From Candidatus Eremiobacteraceae bacterium (lineage in GTDB: Bacteria > Acidobacteriota > Terriglobia > Acidiferrales > UBA7541), in NCBI GenBank assembly GCA_035622555.1, contig DASPVD010000105.1:115-64114 (forward strand): 64,000 nucleotides of DNA, read 5' to 3'. Made by a program: the position numbers and the translations under genes. The notes under the pieces are model-generated. The model did not search any database, was not told where the DNA came from, and worked only from the letters and a program-made list of their open reading frames with translations. Below, in pieces: positions 58,315 through 64,000 of this stretch. The stretch's first letter is position 1; every line of letters starts with the position of its first letter.

Positions 58315-60855
58315 TTGAGACGAGCAAGCGTGGCGGTGTGCGCGGTGCTGAGCTGGTTGGCTGGACCGGCCTGCGGGCAGCGGCGACCCGTGCTGCCGCA
58401 AATTGACGAACCTCATCCGTATTACTACCGCGAATTGTATTTGCCACAACTGACGAGCGGACCGAGCAGCCTGACGTGGAGCCCGGACTCGCAAGAGTTG
58501 TTGTATTCGATGGGCGGCTCGCTGTGGCGGCAGAAGGTGAATGCGAAGGAAGCGCAGCAATTAACGGATGGACCGGGATACGACTACCAACCGGATTGGT
58601 CGCCGGATGGCAAGAGCGTGGTGTACGTGTCTTACCAGAAAGACGCGATGGAATTGTGGGTGCTGGATGTGGCGAGCGGGAGGAGCACGCAATTAACCAC
58701 AGGCGGTGCGGTGAACGTGGAGCCACGCTGGTCGCCGGATGGGAAGAAGATTGTGTGGGTTTCCACGCGATACCACAAGCGGTTTCACGTGTTCATCGCG
58801 GAAGTTGAGGCGGGAAGGTTGAAAAATGCCACGCGGTTAACGGGAGAGACAAGGAGTCCGCTGCCGCGGTATTACTACAGCGCTTACGACATGGAAATCA
58901 ATCCGGTGTGGACGCGAGATGGGAAGGAAATTTTGTTCGTTTCAAATCGAGGACACATTTATGGAACGGGCGGGTTCTGGAGGATGAAGGCTCAGCCCGG
59001 CGCCGAAGCGCAAGAGATTCATTACGAGGAAACCAGTTGGAAAGCGCGGCCGGATTTTTCGCCGGATGGATCGCGGATGGTATACAGCTCGTATATAGGG
59101 CGGGAGTGGCAAAACTTGTGGGTGCTGCCGGCCAACGGAGGAGATGCGTTCCCAATTTCGTATGGAAGCTGGGACCAAAGCAATGCGCGCTGGTCGCCGG
59201 ATGGAACGAAGATCGCGTACATTTCCAATTTCACGGGAAGCACAGCGATTGAGGTGCAGCAAGTTCCAAGCGGCGGGATCGAGCAGATCACCGACTTCGA
59301 TCCAAGAAATTTGAATTTCCGGAAACCGATCGGGATGGTGCAGTTGTCCATAGACGACGAAAACGGGCAACCGACCAGCGCGCGAGTGTCGATGACCGAC
59401 GAAGCGGGGCGGTTTTGCTGGCAAGAAAGCACGGTACATGCGGATGATGGGTTCGACCGCAGCGACAGGGAGTTCGAAAGGCACTATGTGTACGTAAATG
59501 CGAGCGACGAGTTCGTGGTACCTGTGGGCCGAGCGACACTAGAGGTGAGCAAGGGACTTAGCTACAGATTCGAAAAACGGACCATTGAAATAGGCGCGGG
59601 CGAAAGCAAGGAAATACACATTACGATGCAACGCCTGCCGACTCCTTGGAACCCGACCGAGAATTGGAGCAGCGCAGACCTGCACGTACACATGAATTAT
59701 GGAGGGACGTATCAGAATGACCCGGAATGGCTGCACGTCATCGCCGATGCGGAGGACGTGCGATTCGTACACAATCTGACGGTCAACAAAGAACAACGAT
59801 TACCGGATATTGAGTTTGTCGATTTCAACGAAAATTCCGGCGAAGACAGCGGGTCCAGCATCATTCAAGGACAGGAATTTCACACCAGCTACTGGGGACA
59901 CCGGGGAGTTTTGCACTTGAAGGACCATTTGTTGCTGCCGGGCTATGCGGGCTATCCGAATACGGCGGCGGCGAGCTCGTATCCGATGAACGCGGACGTG
60001 TACGACATGGCGCACGAGCAAGGCGCGCTGGTTGGGGCGGTGCATCCGTTCGATGAAGTGCCCGATCCGTTTGCCAAGCCGGCGCAAGAGATTACCGACG
60101 AACTGCCGGTGGACGCAGCGCTAGGGAAACTGGATTACGTGGAGATTGTGGGATTCAGCGATCACAAATCCACGGCGACGGTCTGGTACAAGCTGCTGAA
60201 TCTGGGATTCAAGCTACCGGCCGGGGGCGGAACGGACGCGACGACGAACTATGCCGCACCGATTCGCGGGCAAGCCGGATTTGATCGAGTGTATGTGTGG
60301 ACGCCGGAATGGCCCGCATCCGCGGAATCCTGGCTGAACCAACTGAAACAAGGACGGAGCTTTGCGACGAACGGGCCACTGATCGGATTCACGCTGGGCG
60401 GGCAAATGGCCGGCAGCGAGCTGAAATTTGAAAGCGCACAAGAGGCGATTCCATTTACCGCGAAGTTGCGGTCGATTGTGCCGGTGGATCATCTGGAAGT
60501 GGTGTGCAACGGGAAAGTGGCGCAAGACCTGAAACTGGATGCATCGCGGGCTTCGGCGGAAGCGTCGGGGACAATTCCGCTGAAGGAGAGCGGTTGGTGC
60601 GTGCTGCGGGCCTGGAGCGAAAAGGCGGAGTATCCGGTAATGGATAATTACGCGTACGCAACGACCAGTCCGGTGTATGTGACTATCGGCGGGAAACGGG
60701 CGTATGCGAAAGAAGATGCGGAATATTTCGAGGCCTGGATCGACAGAACCATCGAGGTCACCGATGGTTATCCGGACTGGAACTCGCCGGAGGAAAAGCA
60801 GCGAGTGATGAAGAAATTGCAGGAAGCGCGGGCGGTGTATGAGGGGATGAAGTGA
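58315..60855 (+). CDS. TolB-like PD40 propeller fused to a CehA/McbA-type PHP metallohydrolase
   Basis: GGAGG RBS plus TTG; signal peptide; repeated WSPDG; DLHVH, GQEFHT..WGH, VHP, GGTD, SFATNGP. Confidence 0.85.
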   Translation: MRRASVAVCAVLSWLAGPACGQRRPVLPQIDEPHPYYYRELYLPQLTSGPSSLTWSPDSQELLYSMGGSLWRQKVNAKEAQQLTDGPGYDYQPDWSPDGKSVVYVSYQKDAMELWVLDVASGRSTQLTTGGAVNVEPRWSPDGKKIVWVSTRYHKRFHVFIAEVEAGRLKNATRLTGETRSPLPRYYYSAYDMEINPVWTRDGKEILFVSNRGHIYGTGGFWRMKAQPGAEAQEIHYEETSWKARPDFSPDGSRMVYSSYIGREWQNLWVLPANGGDAFPISYGSWDQSNARWSPDGTKIAYISNFTGSTAIEVQQVPSGGIEQITDFDPRNLNFRKPIGMVQLSIDDENGQPTSARVSMTDEAGRFCWQESTVHADDGFDRSDREFERHYVYVNASDEFVVPVGRATLEVSKGLSYRFEKRTIEIGAGESKEIHITMQRLPTPWNPTENWSSADLHVHMNYGGTYQNDPEWLHVIADAEDVRFVHNLTVNKEQRLPDIEFVDFNENSGEDSGSSIIQGQEFHTSYWGHRGVLHLKDHLLLPGYAGYPNTAAASSYPMNADVYDMAHEQGALVGAVHPFDEVPDPFAKPAQEITDELPVDAALGKLDYVEIVGFSDHKSTATVWYKLLNLGFKLPAGGGTDATTNYAAPIRGQAGFDRVYVWTPEWPASAESWLNQLKQGRSFATNGPLIGFTLGGQMAGSELKFESAQEAIPFTAKLRSIVPVDHLEVVCNGKVAQDLKLDASRASAEASGTIPLKESGWCVLRAWSEKAEYPVMDNYAYATTSPVYVTIGGKRAYAKEDAEYFEAWIDRTIEVTDGYPDWNSPEEKQRVMKKLQEARAVYEGMK

Positions 60856-61196
60856 AGGGGCTGATGAGCCAACCGTGACTACGCATCCGAAAGCGGAGGA
60901 TCTTCGAGGCTCAGGGCGGGCAAACCACCGCATTGCAAAGGGGCTGCTTGTAGGCAACGGGAGAATGGGGATAGAATTCAGCGGTTGCCTCGAGACGCAG
61001 CGATTCGCGAGTGCACGCCGAATGTGACTGCCTATTTCGCACCAAGAGGGATAATCGCTCGCCCCTCACTTCCAAAATACATGATTGGCAGCTCGACAGT
61101 GCAAGAGCACGCACGCGTATGAGCGCTTGCTGACCGGACACGTGAGGAGAGCGGGAAGCGATTGGGTTGCAAGAAACGGATGAGGAAGGAGGGTAC

Positions 61197-62369
61197 ATGA
61201 TCGTCGGTGTGCCCAAAGAAATGTATCCGAAGGAACGGCGGGTGGCACTGGTGCCCGCGGTGATTCCTAATCTAAAAAAAGCGGGGTTGGAGGTGGTGGT
61301 TGAGCGGGGAGCGGGACTCGCGGCGGGCTACCCAGACACGGAGTACGTGGATAAAGGAGCGCGCGTGATCGGGAGCCGGGCGGAGCTGTTTCAAGCCGCG
61401 GAGTTTATTGTGCAGTTCCTGGTACACGGAGCCAACGATAAGACGGGTGCAGCGGATTTGCCGTTGATGCGCAAGGGACAAATCGTGTTGGGATTTTTGC
61501 GGCCACTGGGCTCGGTGAAAACGCTGCAAGAGCTAGCCGAGCGTGGGGTGGCAGCGTTTTCGGTGGAGCTGATGCCGAGGACGACGCGAGCGCAGAGCAT
61601 GGACGCGTTGTCGTCGATGGCGACCATTTGTGGATATAAGGCCGTGGTGCTGGCAGCAGACACGCTGCCGCGGATGTTTCCCATGCTGACCACAGCGGCG
61701 GGGACGATTGCGCCGGCGCGGGTGTTTATCATTGGCGCGGGAGTAGCGGGTTTGCAGGCGATTGCAACAGCGCGACGCCTGGGAGCAGTGGCATCGGCGT
61801 ACGACATGAGGCCCGCGGCCAAGGAACAGGTGCAAAGCCTGGGCGGAAGGTTCGTGGAGTTGCCGATCGAAGCCAAAGACGCGCAGGACGCGCGAGGGTA
61901 TGGCAAGGCACAGGACGAAACCTTCTATCAGAGGCAGCGGGAGTTGCTGGGAAAGACGGTGGCGGAAAGCGACGTGGTGATCACGGCGGCGGTCATTCCG
62001 GGGAAGAAATCGCCGGTGCTGGTGACCAAGGAGATGGTGGAGAAAATGGCGCCGGGATCGGTGATTATCGACTTGGCGGCGGAACGAGGCGGGAATTGCG
62101 AGTTAACCAAGCCGGACGAAACGGTGGTGGAGCACAACGTCACGATCATCGGGGAATTCAACCTGGCGGGCACGGTGCCGTATCACGCGAGTTCGCTGTA
62201 TGCGCGAAACGTGAGCGCGTTTCTGCAACACTTGGTGAAAGAAGGGCAAGTGCGGATGGACACGAGTGACGAGATCATCCGGGAGACGTTGGTGACGCAA
62301 AACGGAGAAGTAGTGAACGCGCGAGTGCGGGAGTTTTTTGGATTGCCCGCCCTGGCGGTAAAGGTTTAA
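61197..62369 (+). CDS. pntA: NAD(P) transhydrogenase alpha subunit, domain I
   Basis: ERRVALVP, RTTRAQSMDALSS, GAGVAGLQAIATA, DLAAERGGNC. Confidence 0.96.
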   Translation: MIVGVPKEMYPKERRVALVPAVIPNLKKAGLEVVVERGAGLAAGYPDTEYVDKGARVIGSRAELFQAAEFIVQFLVHGANDKTGAADLPLMRKGQIVLGFLRPLGSVKTLQELAERGVAAFSVELMPRTTRAQSMDALSSMATICGYKAVVLAADTLPRMFPMLTTAAGTIAPARVFIIGAGVAGLQAIATARRLGAVASAYDMRPAAKEQVQSLGGRFVELPIEAKDAQDARGYGKAQDETFYQRQRELLGKTVAESDVVITAAVIPGKKSPVLVTKEMVEKMAPGSVIIDLAAERGGNCELTKPDETVVEHNVTIIGEFNLAGTVPYHASSLYARNVSAFLQHLVKEGQVRMDTSDEIIRETLVTQNGEVVNARVREFFGLPALAVKV

Positions 62370-62379
62370 GGAGGAAAGC

Positions 62380-62676
62380 ATGCCGGCGGATTTCATCTCG
62401 AGCCTGTTCGTATTCATACTGGCGGCGTTCTTAGGTTTGGAACTGATCAAAAGGGTTTCGCCGCTGCTGCACACGCCGCTGATGTCGTTGACCAACGCAT
62501 TGGACGCGATCGTGGTGGTGGCGGCAATCATCATCGCGGGGCGGCACGAAACGAAATTCTCGACGATTCTTGGCTTAATCGCGGTGGGCGCGTCGTTCAG
62601 CAACATGGTAGGCGGATTTCTGATCACCGACCGGATGTTGCACATGTTCAAGACGGCCAAGGCCAAGAAACCATGA
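62380..62676 (+). CDS. pntA: NAD(P) transhydrogenase alpha subunit, membrane part (alpha2)
   Basis: LHTPLMSLTNA, NMVGGFLITDRMLHMF. Confidence 0.95.
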   Translation: MPADFISSLFVFILAAFLGLELIKRVSPLLHTPLMSLTNALDAIVVVAAIIIAGRHETKFSTILGLIAVGASFSNMVGGFLITDRMLHMFKTAKAKKP

Positions 62677-64000
62677 ATCCTGTGGCGCTGCAGCAGCTCA
62701 TCGATTTCAGCTACATTGCCGCGGTTGTCGGATTCATCCTGGCGCTGAAGTGGCTGAATTCGCCGGTGACGGCGATGCGCGGGGTGTTGATCGGGGAAAT
62801 TGCGTCGGCGGTGGCGGTGCTGGCAACGCTGTTCGATCCGCAGGTGACGCACTACAAATGGATCATCATCGCGCTGATCATCGGGGCGGGTATCGGCGTG
62901 CCGCTGGGCATGGTGAAAATGACGGCGGTGCCGCAACGGACGGCGCTGAGCCACGCATTCGGAGCGATGTCCGCGGCATTGATCGGGATAGCCGAGTATT
63001 TTGTGGGTACGCCGCACATCAGCAAGTTCGAAATGGCGGAGATAGGGCTGGAGGTGGTGATCGGGTCATTGACGTTTACGGGCAGCGTGATTGCGGCGGG
63101 GAAGCTGCAGGAGATTCTGCCGCAACGGCCGATTACGTATAGAGGACAGAACGTAGTGAGCCTGTCGACGTTGAGCGCGGCGGTGGCGCTGATCGTGATC
63201 CTGGTGTTCCACCCGGAGTACACGCACTTGTTTGAGGCGATGGTGGTGGTGGCGCTGGTGTTCGGGATCATGCTGGTGACGCCGATCGGCGGGGCGGACA
63301 TGCCCACGGTGATTTCGCTGTTGAATTCCTATGCGGGATTTTCCGCGGCGCTGTTGGGATTCGTGTTGAACAGCAAAGTGCTGGTGGTGGCGGGGGCGCT
63401 GGACGGGGCTTCGGGCTTCATCCTGTCGGTGATTATGTGCAAGGCCATGAACCGCTCGTTCACCAATGTGCTGTTCGGGGCATTTGGACAGGTGCAGGCG
63501 TCGTCGGCCAAGGGGGCGGAAGAGCGAACGGTGCGCAGCGCGTCGCCGGAGGACGCCGCCGGGATTCTGGCTTCGGCCAGCAAGGTGATCATCGCGCCGG
63601 GATATGGGATGGCAGTGGCTCAGGCGCAACACAAAGTGCGGGAACTGTATGACGCGCTGACGAAGCGAGGGGTGGACGTAAAGTTTGCGATTCACCCCGT
63701 GGCGGGGCGCATGCCCGGGCACATGAACGTTTTGCTGGCCGAAGCGGATATCCCGTACGACAAATTAGTGGAGATGGACGAGATCAACGGAGATTTTCCG
63801 CAGACGGATGTAGCGTTGATCATTGGCGCCAATGACGTGACCAACCCGGCGGCGCGGGAGGACAAGGGCAGCCCAATTTACGGCATGCCGATCCTGGACG
63901 TGGACAAGGCGCACACCGTGATGGTGATCAAACGCAGTATGGCCGCGGGATTCGCGGGAATCGATAATCCGCTGTACTACATGGACAAGACGCTGATGCT
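62673..64000 (+). CDS. pntB: NAD(P) transhydrogenase beta subunit (runs off the window)
   Basis: ATGA overlap; MTAVPQ, FTGSVIAAGKLQ, IGGADMPTVISLLNSY, PGYGMAVAQAQH, HPVAGRMPGHMN, IGANDVTNPAA. Confidence 0.96.
   Translation, partial: MNPVALQQLIDFSYIAAVVGFILALKWLNSPVTAMRGVLIGEIASAVAVLATLFDPQVTHYKWIIIALIIGAGIGVPLGMVKMTAVPQRTALSHAFGAMSAALIGIAEYFVGTPHISKFEMAEIGLEVVIGSLTFTGSVIAAGKLQEILPQRPITYRGQNVVSLSTLSAAVALIVILVFHPEYTHLFEAMVVVALVFGIMLVTPIGGADMPTVISLLNSYAGFSAALLGFVLNSKVLVVAGALDGASGFILSVIMCKAMNRSFTNVLFGAFGQVQASSAKGAEERTVRSASPEDAAGILASASKVIIAPGYGMAVAQAQHKVRELYDALTKRGVDVKFAIHPVAGRMPGHMNVLLAEADIPYDKLVEMDEINGDFPQTDVALIIGANDVTNPAAREDKGSPIYGMPILDVDKAHTVMVIKRSMAAGFAGIDNPLYYMDKTLM

Noticed and set aside
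60856-61196. Possible NAD riboswitch or Rex operator upstream of pntA
   Set aside because: No consensus I can recognise; TGTGA...TTCGCA has the wrong spacing; an Rfam search is needed

Overview
High-GC bacterial chromosomal window. The gene repertoire resembles Acidobacteriota (inference). It holds about 45 CDS, and I found no rRNA, tRNA, CRISPR array, transposase or phage genes. 1-21.5 kb: two RND/TolC efflux sets, two OmpR-type two-component systems, a metallophosphoesterase lipoprotein, a TonB-dependent receptor and a YncE-like propeller. 21.5-25 kb: treS, a degenerate GT-A glycosyltransferase and an MscS-like TM protein. 29-38 kb: a GAF(4-Cys)-PAS sigma54 activator flanked by four sigma54 promoters. 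Three of these carry the same 26-bp tripartite TTCnnGAA enhancer 51-55 bp upstream of the -24 box. The promoters precede a STAS-like gene, an OB-fold plus surface lipoprotein operon, an aberrant truncated globin and DUF3300/DUF2950. This is the strongest candidate for an undescribed system. 40-46 kb: eno, a frameshifted PQQ/cytochrome c dehydrogenase, glgC, and rpsU with its own sigma54 promoter. 47.6-53.3 kb: an uncharacterised triple amide-ligase, peptidase and esterase cluster. Then an orphan IorB-like molybdoenzyme, a TolB-PHP hydrolase and pntAB. Intergenic spaces carry a REP-like repeat family. All family assignments are by motif recognition; no database search was run.
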